From a virus (taxonomy: Duplodnaviria; Caudoviricetes), in IMG/VR virus record IMGVR_UViG_3300023174_000203, positions 1-55,683 of that record: a DNA stretch of 55,683 bases; one strand, written 5' to 3'. Every line of letters begins with the position of its first letter. Position 1 is the first letter of the stretch. Under the pieces are notes generated by a model. It worked only from the letters and a program-made list of their open reading frames with translations, was not told the DNA's origin and did not search any database. Both the position numbers and the translations under genes were made by a program. Shown here piece after piece: positions 44,798 through 55,212 of the stretch.

Positions 44798-46168
44798 TCA
44801 CATGATGTTGTTAACTACAACACGACGATAGTATACGTTCGTGTTGATTGTTAGTGCACCTTGTGTAGCAGCCGAAGAACCGTCAGCAAATGGATTTGAT
44901 ACCATTCCGTAACGAGTCTTAAAGCCGATCTTAGGTTGGAATGAACCTTGATCAACTGCACGAACCATTTGTAGAGGAACGTATGGGCAGTAGAAAATAC
45001 CAGCATCAAATGCGCTAGAACCTTTATAACCAACAGTCATGTATTGACCGCCTGTTACATATGGATCGATATAAACACGGATACGACCATTTAGAACACC
45101 TGCAAAGGTATTACCAGTGTCATCCACATTTAGTGCATTGCTGTTTAGAGCTGGAGCGTAGTCTAGAACACCCGCCATCTGTAGAGCTGATGCAACATCA
45201 GAAGAACAGATTAGGATGTTACCTTTACCACGACGTGTTTGCTTAGCAATTTGGTTAGCTTCACGTTCAACTTGGAACATTAGACCTTTGAACTTCTCAA
45301 CTGACCAACGGCCGTTTGAGTCTGTGTCAAGATCGAAAATACCAGAAGTTGTAGTACCTTCAGTAGCACCTGCAACAGCAGTGATATTAATCGTACGAAC
45401 AACTTCACGGTTGATCTCAGCAAGGATCTCAGCCGATAGGATGTTTGACAATTCTGTTTCAGCGTCAAGACCATGAACTGCCTTAAGATCTTGTGCTAAT
45501 TCCATTGTGTACTCAGCTTTTAGAGCACGGGATTTAGCAGTTACAGTCACTTTCTCGATTGAGAAAGCCATTTCAGGCATTGCTACGTTAGCTGAATTAC
45601 CTAGTGCTTCAGCCTGGGATGTTGACATACCAGCGCCGTAGTTATATGTATTAACAGCTGAAAGACCAGTTGTGTTGCTGTCGCCTGGGAATGTACCAAC
45701 ATTCTTGTTACCAATTGTGTTAGCACCTGAAGCAACTGTCGAGAACGCAGTGTTAACTTCGTTGTAGAAAGTTTCAGTTCCAGTATTGTTGTTGCTGTAA
45801 CGTGCACGCATTGCGAAGATAAGTCCTGTAGGACCAGTCATTGGCTGAACGCCGCAGATATCGTATGCGATTAGGTTAGGCATTGAACGACGAACTAAGC
45901 TAATTAAGACTGGGTCGAAAATATCGACTGCGCCGTCACCAGCTACTGAAGATGATGCGCCCATTGAGTTGCCTGGACGGCCATCAGCAAAAGCTTCGCC
46001 TAGTAGATTTTGTGATGCGCCATGTGAAGCTGCTTCACGTAGAGCGCGCTCTGTGTTCTCGAGAACCATTGCGGTTACGGAACGCTTGTGAGCATCCTTA
46101 ATAGAACCTAGATCTTCATGATCTAGGACTGGTGCCCATTTTTTTTGAATTTCCTCAGCTAAATACAT
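44798..46168 (-). CDS. 23: Major capsid protein (gp23)
   Basis: KWAPVL, GVQPMTGPTGLIFAMR, ELAQDLKAVHGLDAE, FQPKIGFKTRYG. Confidence 0.99.
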   Translation of the reverse strand: MYLAEEIQKKWAPVLDHEDLGSIKDAHKRSVTAMVLENTERALREAASHGASQNLLGEAFADGRPGNSMGASSSVAGDGAVDIFDPVLISLVRRSMPNLIAYDICGVQPMTGPTGLIFAMRARYSNNNTGTETFYNEVNTAFSTVASGANTIGNKNVGTFPGDSNTTGLSAVNTYNYGAGMSTSQAEALGNSANVAMPEMAFSIEKVTVTAKSRALKAEYTMELAQDLKAVHGLDAETELSNILSAEILAEINREVVRTINITAVAGATEGTTTSGIFDLDTDSNGRWSVEKFKGLMFQVEREANQIAKQTRRGKGNILICSSDVASALQMAGVLDYAPALNSNALNVDDTGNTFAGVLNGRIRVYIDPYVTGGQYMTVGYKGSSAFDAGIFYCPYVPLQMVRAVDQGSFQPKIGFKTRYGMVSNPFADGSSAATQGALTINTNVYYRRVVVNNIM

Positions 46169-46199
46169 CTTTTACCCCCTTAGGTGATTGAGTTAATAC

Positions 46200-46207
46200 T
46201 ATTTATA
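46200..46207 (-). promoter_or_regulatory. Late promoter TATAAATA (gp23)
   Basis: Exact consensus. Confidence 0.85.
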
Positions 46208-46210
46208 CAA

Positions 46211-47017
46211 TTATTTCTTTATAGATTTAGAAATTGCTTCTACGTATTTGTTGACAACCGGATCATTAGACTTTAGAACTGTTCTGCCAGATTCTGAATC
46301 AGGATCAATTGCTGCCTGCTCATCTTCTACAATGTTAGTTCCAGTTGTTTTCTTGCCGGAGAAATAATTCTCTTTAATGATCTCTACTTTTTTACGATAG
46401 CTATCAACGTCGTCAAACGCAATTCCTTCGATAAGAACTTTTAGCTTTTCAGCTTGTGTATCTGCAAGACCTTCTGCTATATCGTCAAATACAGCTTCCA
46501 TCTGAGCTTCATTGATCATCTGTTTCATTTCAATGTTTTCAGCGATAGCTTCATTTAACTTATCTTCTAGTTCAACAACATGATCTGCCATGTCATCTAC
46601 TAGATCGATCTTATCGTCAGGTACTTCGATATAGTTCTCAACAAATAGGTTTCTTAAGCCGTTAATGAAGTTCTCAGAGATATCTGCACGTAGCTGATTA
46701 TCAATAGCTACTTCATTCTCTTTCATCCACTGCTCAACAACATATGTCATATATGTGTCTACTTGTTCTGTTAGCTCTGCTTTTAATTGTTCAATCTCAG
46801 CATCCTTTTCTTCTTGTAGACGCTGAACTTCAGATGCAACACGGTCATTCATTGCAGCTTCGAACAATGTAGTAACTTTCTCTTTGAATTCTTCAGAAAG
46901 CTCGTCACCAAACATTGATAGCAGGCCTTCGCTTACAGTCTTATCGCCGTCTTCAGACGCGTTTTCAGCATCATTCTCGACGTCGTCGTTTTCTAAAATC
47001 TCTGGTTTAGTTGCCAT
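46211..47017 (-). CDS. 22: Prohead scaffold (gp22)
   Basis: LSEEFK, FEAA, YVVEQW..EN, LF.E.YI, IKENYF; synteny. Confidence 0.93.
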   Translation of the reverse strand: MATKPEILENDDVENDAENASEDGDKTVSEGLLSMFGDELSEEFKEKVTTLFEAAMNDRVASEVQRLQEEKDAEIEQLKAELTEQVDTYMTYVVEQWMKENEVAIDNQLRADISENFINGLRNLFVENYIEVPDDKIDLVDDMADHVVELEDKLNEAIAENIEMKQMINEAQMEAVFDDIAEGLADTQAEKLKVLIEGIAFDDVDSYRKKVEIIKENYFSGKKTTGTNIVEDEQAAIDPDSESGRTVLKSNDPVVNKYVEAISKSIKK

Positions 47018-47047
47018 TTGTTACGCTCCTTAGGCTATAATTTAAGT

Positions 47048-47055
47048 TATTTATA
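47048..47055 (-). promoter_or_regulatory. Late promoter TATAAATA (gp22)
   Basis: Exact consensus. Confidence 0.85.
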
Positions 47056-47059
47056 AATG

Positions 47060-47725
47060 TTACGATTTTGATAATTTCTTCAGGAACGTCTCGAATATCT
47101 GCATCTTTTTGTCTAGATTCAATGTTCTAGATCTTACAGCAGTATCTACATCTTCTTTGACGCCTTCTAAATGTTTTTGCACTAACATGCCGTTATTCCA
47201 AATCCATTCAACTCCTTCCATGACGCCTTGAACAAATGCATCAGGTGCAGAAGGATCTGCAACGATATCAGCAGCAGTGGCTAATGTAAAGTCTTTTTGA
47301 ACTTCCATTACACCATCTTTGCGTTTCACCATTGAACCTAGTCCACGAGTAGAAACTCCAAACTTTGCTCCAGCATTAATCAAGTTTTTTGCAATATTGC
47401 CGTATGGTGTATCAACTAATTTGGCGCGACCAATAAAGTTATCACCATCTTGTTTTAATTCGGTAATAAGATGTGATACACGCTCTAAATTAATAGAAGG
47501 ACCAGATGGATGACCTAATTCGCCGAATGCACGATTTGTTTCAATCTTTTCTTTTACGTAACGAGCAGCTTCTCTTGCAAGAACATCTGTAGAATAAAAA
47601 CGATTATTTTGGTTTTGTTTATTACCTTGCATAAAGATGCCTTCAATGTACATGTCTTTTCCGCCATTTTCTTTGGCTTCAGTGACATATTTAACATCTT
47701 CGATGACTTCGCATATAAGTTTCAT
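47060..47725 (-). CDS. 21: Prohead protease (gp21)
   Basis: IEGIFMQ, GELGHP, GVSTRGLGS, DIVADPSAPDA. Confidence 0.97.
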   Translation of the reverse strand: MKLICEVIEDVKYVTEAKENGGKDMYIEGIFMQGNKQNQNNRFYSTDVLAREAARYVKEKIETNRAFGELGHPSGPSINLERVSHLITELKQDGDNFIGRAKLVDTPYGNIAKNLINAGAKFGVSTRGLGSMVKRKDGVMEVQKDFTLATAADIVADPSAPDAFVQGVMEGVEWIWNNGMLVQKHLEGVKEDVDTAVRSRTLNLDKKMQIFETFLKKLSKS

Positions 47726-47736
47726 GTTTCTATTCC

Positions 47737-48033
47737 TTATCTGTATGCAATTGAAACAGCTTTAATACCTACACCAGTAAATGCAGCATCACCTGCGGCA
47801 TTGTTTGCTTTTAATGTATCTGTTGGATTCTTTACAACATTTTCAGTACCAAAATCAGTACCATGATGTCCAAGAGTAAATGTTGCCAGCACTGTACCAG
47901 TGTTTGACTGTAATGTTATTAATGAGCTGTTCGCTGCATCAAGATTTACTAGTCGCACAAGAGAAGCTAAACTAATGTTATTAGCAGTAGTTAGTGCAAC
48001 CTCTGGTGCTATTGGTTTAAATGGATCAGACAT
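47737..48033 (-). CDS. Small putative head-associated protein
   Basis: 98 aa beta-rich ORF between gp68 and gp21. Confidence 0.6.
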   Translation of the reverse strand: MSDPFKPIAPEVALTTANNISLASLVRLVNLDAANSSLITLQSNTGTVLATFTLGHHGTDFGTENVVKNPTDTLKANNAAGDAAFTGVGIKAVSIAYR

Positions 48034-48035
48034 TA

Positions 48036-48845
48036 TTATTCCTTACCAGCTCGTTTAGCTGAATAGTATGCTGCGAGAGCTTGTTGCTTACGCTGTTCTT
48101 TTGATTTACCAGCAAATTTAGGATTCTTTGAAGATTCAAAATCTTTAATCCATTCTCCAGCTCCACTAGAAACTTTTAGAACTTCATTCATTTCAACTTC
48201 TTCTTTTTGAGTTGCTTGTTCAGCATCTTGTGCTGCTTTCTTAACATAAGAACCCAATGTAGACTTTTTAAGTTCATCCATCTGTTCAATATCTTCTTTT
48301 AAATGTCCTGCTTTTTTAGCAGCATTTAAAACATCAGTACGATCTCTGTATGAACCATTAAATACATCAGACGTCAAATGTGGTTTATATTTGTTATGGT
48401 GTTCTGGTTTAATATGCTTTAGTAAAGCAGCACCTGCTGGATGCAGAGTGTCGTTGAATACTGCTTCTTTTTGAGTTGCTTTAACACCACTCATACGCAA
48501 ACCAGCATTTCTTATACCTTTTGCATCTTTTTTGGCATATCCATATTGATTTTTTGAAACAGGCTCATCACTCATCTTTCCAAATTTCTTTTGAATATAA
48601 GAAGCTACTGTAGACTTTTTCAATTCATCCAACTGTTCTTCTTCATATACTGCTTCTGAATCTGGAGTACTATAACCCTTACGTGTTGCTTTACGATCGA
48701 TTGTTTTAACTTTTGCACCAGAATAAACATCATCACCGTTACCTGCTACATCAGCAGTCTTAACAGTAATATGCTTCTTAACGAAGCGCTTCTCATCAGC
48801 CGACTTTGGAGAATATACTTCTAAAATTTGTTTTAAGGTTTTCAT
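48036..48845 (-). CDS. Prohead core-region protein (gp68 position), modular
   Basis: Synteny; two DELKKST modules; WIKDF..S..PKF.GKS...ALAAYY module. Confidence 0.6.
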   Translation of the reverse strand: MKTLKQILEVYSPKSADEKRFVKKHITVKTADVAGNGDDVYSGAKVKTIDRKATRKGYSTPDSEAVYEEEQLDELKKSTVASYIQKKFGKMSDEPVSKNQYGYAKKDAKGIRNAGLRMSGVKATQKEAVFNDTLHPAGAALLKHIKPEHHNKYKPHLTSDVFNGSYRDRTDVLNAAKKAGHLKEDIEQMDELKKSTLGSYVKKAAQDAEQATQKEEVEMNEVLKVSSGAGEWIKDFESSKNPKFAGKSKEQRKQQALAAYYSAKRAGKE

Positions 48846-49214
48846 TTATTCCTCTTCTGTGTTTTCTGAATCCTCTTCGAAGTCCCAGTCATCAATTCCT
48901 AATTCTGCCCATTCTTCATCTGAAAGACTCAGAAGATCTTCATCACTCCAATCGACGTCCTCTTCATCTGTATCTTCTTCTTCGGGCTCATCATCTGTGA
49001 CTTCATCGTCTGCTTGGTTATCCATAGCAGCTGCTTTAATTCTTTCTAATGTTTCATCATCCATATCTGGATTGAACATCTTAGCACCAACTTCAATATG
49101 TCTATCGCTAAGAGCGGCAGCAACACGCTCTTTCATTATGTCACTAAATGACTGCATAATTTCAACAGGTCTTTGTTGTTGGGCAAAATCAATAATATCT
49201 CTAATCTCAGGCAT
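48846..49214 (-). CDS. 67: Prohead core protein (gp67-like)
   Basis: Highly acidic C-terminus; follows the portal gene. Confidence 0.7.
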   Translation of the reverse strand: MPEIRDIIDFAQQQRPVEIMQSFSDIMKERVAAALSDRHIEVGAKMFNPDMDDETLERIKAAAMDNQADDEVTDDEPEEEDTDEEDVDWSDEDLLSLSDEEWAELGIDDWDFEEDSENTEEE

Positions 49215-50811
49215 ATCTTTTCTCCAAATTATTTATAATGTTATAATTGCTTAAGATGTCAATTTCTTCTGTAGCAGGCGCAGCTGCCGGCTCAGGAGGA
49301 TTATACATTGGATTCTTCTGTTCATCAAGGATTTCTTGATCGATCTCTTTGATTTCATCTTCATCTTGATGAAGAACATTCTTACGAATCCATAAATGAG
49401 AATAATACTTACCGACATATGGATCTAACTGCTGCATAGTCGATAATCTATCTCTCATTATCTCTGCGTTCTTAAGCTCGTCAAAATAGTTATCACGCGC
49501 ATAATCAAATTTAATATTTTGATTTATCTTCTTCCAATCTTCAGATGTCAGAATATTCTTTAAAATCAACTGACGTTCTAAAGTTTTAAGAAACACTGCC
49601 GAGAAACGATTACGTAGTCTAGTAATAAACTTTGCAAATTTAATCTCATCTCTCGATATCTCTGTTGCTCTTCCAAAATTAAATTGAGTAGAAGGATCTA
49701 ATCTAGAAACAGGAACATTTAATGAATTAAATAATTTCTTTTGGAAGTAGAGAACATCATCCATCTCCCCCAAATTCTGTCCAGCTGGTAGGGTAGTGAT
49801 CTCAGTACCCTTTCCACCCTCACGACGTGGAAGCCAAAAGTCTTCCAACATCGACATAAATTTACGATCATCTCTGATCTCGCCAGTCTGAGCGTCATAC
49901 ACAACTTTATTCTTAAAACGTGTCATAACATCGCGTAGATATTGTTCTGCCTTTATCTTGGGAAGATTACCAACATCAATATAAAATATACGACGTTCTG
50001 GAGCACGTGAAATTCTGTAGATAACAGTAGCATCTTCTAACGCACGAAGCTGATTTAATGGCTTAATAGCTTTATGCAGATATGAAAGAACTAGATCACC
50101 ATTTAAATTAGTGATACCACTTGTTGTATGAAGAATAGAGTCTTTAGCGATCTTCAATGCACCCATTCCGATGCCTTGCTGCGCTGACCATGTATTCTTC
50201 TGCTTATCAAAACCTTTTTCATTGTAGATATAATATTCATTCGTCATTACAGGAACTGTAAGGTTAACATTCTTATCTACGCTTGCTGGCTTCTTACGCT
50301 TAGTTTCTCTGATCTTACGAATCTTACGTGGATCAATATAGCGAATCTCTTGAATACCAGCTCTTGGATTTTTATCGTCGATGATCAGGTGAAAGTATAA
50401 TCTACCATCGACATACCAACGTCTGAATAACTCATAACCTTGGCTCTTAAATTCGAATAATGAGACGATCTCGTCAAACTCATCTCTAATTTTTTTCTTT
50501 ACTGCTTCAGATAATTCTGGAACATCATCTAATACAATACTAATTATCTTTTCATCATGATCTGTAACTATAGCTTCATTAACAATATCATCGATAGCTA
50601 ATTCTAATTCAGGATGCATCGACATATCACGATATCGTGTTACGAGTTCACTCTCTGTTTTAATCGATCCATCAAGGTCAACATATGTTCCATATGCACC
50701 ACCTTGAGAAATTTCTACTGCACCATCATCATGTTTTTGAGGCGTAAAAGAGACTGGCAAAGCTGCCATCTCATCTGTCTTACGTTTAATTTCAAAACCA
50801 AACAAATTCAT
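49207..50811 (-). CDS. 20: Portal protein (gp20)
   Basis: LFGF, WYVDG, YRISRAPERRIFYIDVGN, EDFWLPRREGG.GTEI. Confidence 0.98.
   Translation of the reverse strand: MNLFGFEIKRKTDEMAALPVSFTPQKHDDGAVEISQGGAYGTYVDLDGSIKTESELVTRYRDMSMHPELELAIDDIVNEAIVTDHDEKIISIVLDDVPELSEAVKKKIRDEFDEIVSLFEFKSQGYELFRRWYVDGRLYFHLIIDDKNPRAGIQEIRYIDPRKIRKIRETKRKKPASVDKNVNLTVPVMTNEYYIYNEKGFDKQKNTWSAQQGIGMGALKIAKDSILHTTSGITNLNGDLVLSYLHKAIKPLNQLRALEDATVIYRISRAPERRIFYIDVGNLPKIKAEQYLRDVMTRFKNKVVYDAQTGEIRDDRKFMSMLEDFWLPRREGGKGTEITTLPAGQNLGEMDDVLYFQKKLFNSLNVPVSRLDPSTQFNFGRATEISRDEIKFAKFITRLRNRFSAVFLKTLERQLILKNILTSEDWKKINQNIKFDYARDNYFDELKNAEIMRDRLSTMQQLDPYVGKYYSHLWIRKNVLHQDEDEIKEIDQEILDEQKNPMYNPPEPAAAPATEEIDILSNYNIINNLEKRYA
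49230..49237 (-). promoter_or_regulatory. Late promoter TATAAATA (gp67), inside the gp20 3' end
   Basis: Exact consensus before GGAG SD. Confidence 0.75.
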
Positions 50812-50837
50812 ATTATATTTTCCTTAGAATACGGATG

Positions 50838-50860
50838 AAAAAGGGGTCACTAGGACCCCT
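50838..50860 (-). terminator. Rho-independent terminator after gp19
   Basis: AGGGGTC-CTAGT-GACCCCT plus T run. Confidence 0.85.
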
Positions 50861-50867
50861 CTTCCTA

Positions 50868-51419
50868 TTAAGTACCGCCAGCGTTTCCAGTAATACCGCC
50901 AGAAACTTCCCAATAGTCATATGCAAATGTGACCTGAAAAGTTTCAATCTGGTCTGTTGTATTCCAATCTAGATCAATCGCTGAGATATCTGTTGGGTAG
51001 ATACCATTAAATTGATATGTTCTGATTGGCAAACCAGTTTTTGAATACTGAATTACTTGTGCTTGTGCTTTATAAAGAAGCGGTGAAGCTGCTCCAAAAC
51101 CACGGACGTTTCCTTGCAATGAATTAATAGTGTTTGACCACTGCTCCATTGCGTTTCTAATTAAGAAGTCTTCATCATTAATTATAGTTACAGTCCAATC
51201 AGCAAATGATCTATCTCCAGCTAATTTGATCTTACGACCAAAGTATGGAACTTCGATAGTTCCCAGCGATGAAGCTGGGATCTGAGCTGTCTGCACCATA
51301 AACGGTACTTTAATATCTGCTACACTGTTTGCAGGATTCTGAATCGTTACCTGGAACAGCGAGTTACGAGCACCGCCTAATGTTAATTGACTTCTAATCT
51401 CGTTTACGTTAAATGCCAT
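50868..51419 (-). CDS. 19: Tail tube protein (gp19)
   Basis: GGAR..LF.V, GRKIKLAGDRSF..WTVT..NDEDF..R. Confidence 0.97.
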   Translation of the reverse strand: MAFNVNEIRSQLTLGGARNSLFQVTIQNPANSVADIKVPFMVQTAQIPASSLGTIEVPYFGRKIKLAGDRSFADWTVTIINDEDFLIRNAMEQWSNTINSLQGNVRGFGAASPLLYKAQAQVIQYSKTGLPIRTYQFNGIYPTDISAIDLDWNTTDQIETFQVTFAYDYWEVSGGITGNAGGT

Positions 51420-51437
51420 TTTGTTCTCCCTGTTCTA

Positions 51438-53531
51438 TTAGAATTGACCAACAACTTCGGAGAACTCAACGCCAGTTCGAACAGCAACAAAGTTCAACTG
51501 GATAAAGTTAATAGAACGAGCTGGCTTGATGTAGATATCACCAACAAACTCATTTCTATCTATAACTTCCCCGGTATTATTTGTTTCATCGCACACAACC
51601 TTGAAGTCGTAAATGCCTCTACGTCCTTGTACATCTCTTAAGAACGGTTCAACAAGGTTTTTAAACTGCGCTCTTGTAAACTCATCGTTGAATTCAAACA
51701 GAGTAAATTGAGAAGCTGTCGCAATAGCTTTTTCAAGTACAATAAACAATCTACGTACGTTAATACGATCGAATGCACTTGGTTTTGCTAATAGAGTTTT
51801 ATCTCCATACAGGATAGTTCCTTGACCTGGGAATGTAACGACTGGATTAATTCCTGACTTATACAGAATATCACGGTCTGCTTTATCTGGATTATATGCC
51901 AATTTAATTACATTCTTGATCTGACCTCTATTGAAACCTGCTGGTGAGAACCATGGGTCTCTTGTAGTATCAGTACGTACGCATAATCCCGCTGTATCAC
52001 CATTTAATGGAATATAACGATAGACGTCGTTGTACTTGTCATACATATACTTATAGCCGGAATCTAGGACAGCATATGATGTTGAACGAAGACTATTTCT
52101 AAATGTAACAATATCTGCTTCTTCGTCTTTACCAGCATTTGTAACTACGTCATCCTTATCTGGAGATACGAATACAACGCAATCTCTACGAACTTCTGCG
52201 ATATTATCGATTAGATAGTTAGCTAGTTGTTCACCGTTAGTACCACCTTTTGACTTACCTGTCAAAACTAACGATACATCAACATCTGAAGCACTTATAA
52301 ACTTATCGTATGCAGAAACTAGACGACCGACTGGAATATCTGTCTCACTATCACCATCTGAACCATAGATAAACGACATCGATAATGGTTTAGTTGCACT
52401 TGAATTAGCAACTAATAGCGCAGTGTTTACAGCACCAGTTGTTGTAACAGAGCCAACCCAAACCCATGAAGAAGTTTGATTAATTACTTCTTTATAGTAA
52501 TTTGAAGCACCTTGTTCTGTCTTAGCATCTGTAGCGCGTGAAACGTTTTCAAATACTTCAAGAATTGTTCCAGGAACACCAGAAACTTTACCATCTTCGT
52601 CTACAACTACAACGTGCACAGCATCACTTGCAGAAGTATTACCAAAGTTAGTAACAAAGTCTGTTTGACCAGGAGCTCTACCAACACTATTATAGAATTC
52701 CCAATAGCGTAGTACATTATTTGAAGTAAAATTAGAAGTTAAATTGAATGTTTCTTCAAATGTGATTGTAAATGCAGAATCACCATTTGGTACAGCCGAT
52801 TCAAGCACATATGCTGGTGTAGTCATCGACTTAATCTTTAACAATTGCTTACCGAATGTTGCATTACCTGCTTCGATAATATCACCAACTGATAATAATG
52901 CTTTGATTGACGTTGCTGCAGTATTTGTAGTTGTTTCTGTAATACCAGTACCATTAGCAATATTAACTACAGCATTTGCCGAACCAGCGGTAAACGTTAT
53001 TGCTGTGAGTGCAACTGTGAGATTTGCTGCATACACTGATGATTGTAGATTGATTGTAGAACCATACGCAGTATTAGTTTCACACACAGAAACTTTTAAC
53101 GAGTTTCCTAATGCGCCTGGATAACGTGCAACATAATGTACATCTGAATCAAAGCTTGTAATCTTTGTATTGTAATCATCTTCGTTCAAAACTATATGCG
53201 CTAGGTTAGAACCGATTGCTCCAGTATTTGCCATAGCGGTTAATACACCATTAGCGCCAGTTGTGTCTGCTGTGTTTGCCGCACGACTTACGTATAATTT
53301 GTTTCCATACGAGAGGAAACTTGCTGCTGTGAAAAATGTCTCAGGATTTAGACTTGTCGGCTTACCGAAACGTTTGACTAAGTTATCCTCGCTGCTAATA
53401 AGAACCAATTTGTCAATTGGACCCCAACGGAAAACGCCGGCAATGGCACCTTCAGTAGTAGAAACAGCGGGAACAACCGTGGTCAGATCGATTTCCGATA
53501 CATTGACTCCTGGGCTGACTTGAAAAGGCAT
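51438..53531 (-). CDS. 18: Tail sheath protein (gp18)
   Basis: SPGV...EID, ARYPG.LGN, PWFSPAG.NRG, FDRINVRRLF, KPARSINFI. Confidence 0.98.
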   Translation of the reverse strand: MPFQVSPGVNVSEIDLTTVVPAVSTTEGAIAGVFRWGPIDKLVLISSEDNLVKRFGKPTSLNPETFFTAASFLSYGNKLYVSRAANTADTTGANGVLTAMANTGAIGSNLAHIVLNEDDYNTKITSFDSDVHYVARYPGALGNSLKVSVCETNTAYGSTINLQSSVYAANLTVALTAITFTAGSANAVVNIANGTGITETTTNTAATSIKALLSVGDIIEAGNATFGKQLLKIKSMTTPAYVLESAVPNGDSAFTITFEETFNLTSNFTSNNVLRYWEFYNSVGRAPGQTDFVTNFGNTSASDAVHVVVVDEDGKVSGVPGTILEVFENVSRATDAKTEQGASNYYKEVINQTSSWVWVGSVTTTGAVNTALLVANSSATKPLSMSFIYGSDGDSETDIPVGRLVSAYDKFISASDVDVSLVLTGKSKGGTNGEQLANYLIDNIAEVRRDCVVFVSPDKDDVVTNAGKDEEADIVTFRNSLRSTSYAVLDSGYKYMYDKYNDVYRYIPLNGDTAGLCVRTDTTRDPWFSPAGFNRGQIKNVIKLAYNPDKADRDILYKSGINPVVTFPGQGTILYGDKTLLAKPSAFDRINVRRLFIVLEKAIATASQFTLFEFNDEFTRAQFKNLVEPFLRDVQGRRGIYDFKVVCDETNNTGEVIDRNEFVGDIYIKPARSINFIQLNFVAVRTGVEFSEVVGQF

Positions 53532-53582
53532 GTTATCCCCCTTAGATTAATAATGTTTATGTAAATAGGCTCAAGTTATCTT

Positions 53583-53590
53583 TATTTATA
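53583..53590 (-). promoter_or_regulatory. Late promoter TATAAATA (gp18)
   Basis: Exact consensus. Confidence 0.85.
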
Positions 53591-53603
53591 CAATTCAATT
53601 CTC

Positions 53604-55211
53604 TCATTGCATTCGCTCAAATTCTTCATTACTTACTGTCCGGCCATCTTCTATTGGCATACCATCATCAAATATCCCTGTTGGCATCATATTTTCTTCA
53701 ATCTGCTGAATTTGTTTCTTATACATTAATTCTCTCAAATTAATATCAGTTAACTCTTTGAAATATGGATTTGTGGTCAGCCATGCAAATAGAACAAGCG
53801 TCATAACTAAATCGTCATGATAACCATCATCTGCTCTATATGTTCCTCGTTTTTCAATAAATGTAGAAATTTCAGATATGGTGTCTGCATCAGTAATTAG
53901 AAGCTTCTTCTCTTCAATCAATGACTTTAGAGTAAGACACCCAACTCGTTTGACCTTTTTATCGGTCTGAACTCCGTAAGCAGTAGATCCAGATCCACCA
54001 AATCCACCAGAAATAATTTGTCCTTTAGTGCTTCTATTAACAAAAAGAATATTTTCGTATTCAAGATCTTGATAAAGGATATGTGCAACCTGTTCGCTAG
54101 AGTTAATCTCCATTAGAACATATGCTTGATTATACGTGTTTCCGATCTTATAGATAACATTTGGATATAACATCGGACTAATAGTATTGTTTCTATATTT
54201 TGCTACGATCGTATAAGGAACCTTTGTTATATCGATTACTGTAAATGCAGAATAGTCTCCACCGACTCCTTTTGCTGTATCAGCGACCATTACATAGTTG
54301 TGTCCTTTTTGTGGGGTCTCATATACATCTAGACCATCAATACTATAAGCAATATGTTTAGCTGACATCCGACCAATATGATCAGCACCAATAAGTGTAA
54401 GCGATGAACCAAGGAACTTACATAGAACTTCCTGATTAAACTTAAGTTCTCCAAGTTGACGTTTTTGTTCTTCTGCCCACTTCTCATCTCTACCAGGAAT
54501 CTTCCAATATGGAATAAACATCGGAATAAAGTCATTACGACCATTTTCTGCATCATTCCAGAATTTCCAGAAGTGATTAAATCCTAATGGAGTAGATGAT
54601 AATAAGATCTTTGTTGTAGAACCTGCAGAGATTGTAGGATAAACAGAAGTAAAGAACTGTTCAGCTATAGTTCCAGGAATAATAGCAGTTTCATCAACGT
54701 ACAATAAGTTAACTGACTTACCACGAATACCAGATGCAGATGTTGCGGCCGTAAATACGATTGATCCATTCTCCAGTTCAATATCACCTTTATTCCATGT
54801 TGTTACACCTTGCTGCATCCACTTAGGAAGATATTCATACATCAACTGATAACGATGTAGAACCTCTCGAGCAGCAGAAGATTTATTAGCAAGAATAGCT
54901 ACAGTCTTACTTCCTTGAAATATTGTGTACCATAGAATATAAGCAGCAGATGTTGTCGTCTTACCTTGCTGACGACCTTCCATTAAAATAACCTTTCGAT
55001 TATTATGAATGGTTTTAACTTTTTCTATCTGACAATCATATAATTTAAACGGTTGAATGCCATGATCGAGTGTAACGATATAACAATAGGTATTTATAAA
55101 ATAAACTGGATCAGCTGCACATTTCATATACTCTTGTACTTGCTCTGCAGTCCAAGCAATAGGAACACCTGCTCCCTTCAAATTAGCATTTGAATTATAA
55201 AACTGCGCCAC
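53604..55211 (-). CDS. 17: Terminase large subunit (gp17); likely GTG start 55211
   Basis: RQQGKTT, YVDE, SSTP.G.NHF, ADTAKG..DYS, HDDLVM. Confidence 0.97.
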   Translation of the reverse strand: MAQFYNSNANLKGAGVPIAWTAEQVQEYMKCAADPVYFINTYCYIVTLDHGIQPFKLYDCQIEKVKTIHNNRKVILMEGRQQGKTTTSAAYILWYTIFQGSKTVAILANKSSAAREVLHRYQLMYEYLPKWMQQGVTTWNKGDIELENGSIVFTAATSASGIRGKSVNLLYVDETAIIPGTIAEQFFTSVYPTISAGSTTKILLSSTPLGFNHFWKFWNDAENGRNDFIPMFIPYWKIPGRDEKWAEEQKRQLGELKFNQEVLCKFLGSSLTLIGADHIGRMSAKHIAYSIDGLDVYETPQKGHNYVMVADTAKGVGGDYSAFTVIDITKVPYTIVAKYRNNTISPMLYPNVIYKIGNTYNQAYVLMEINSSEQVAHILYQDLEYENILFVNRSTKGQIISGGFGGSGSTAYGVQTDKKVKRVGCLTLKSLIEEKKLLITDADTISEISTFIEKRGTYRADDGYHDDLVMTLVLFAWLTTNPYFKELTDINLRELMYKKQIQQIEENMMPTGIFDDGMPIEDGRTVSNEEFERMQ

Positions 55212-55212
55212 T

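Noticed and set aside
55091-55098. TATAAATA inside gp17
   Set aside because: It lies within coding sequence with no evident downstream start, so it may be chance in AT-rich DNA.
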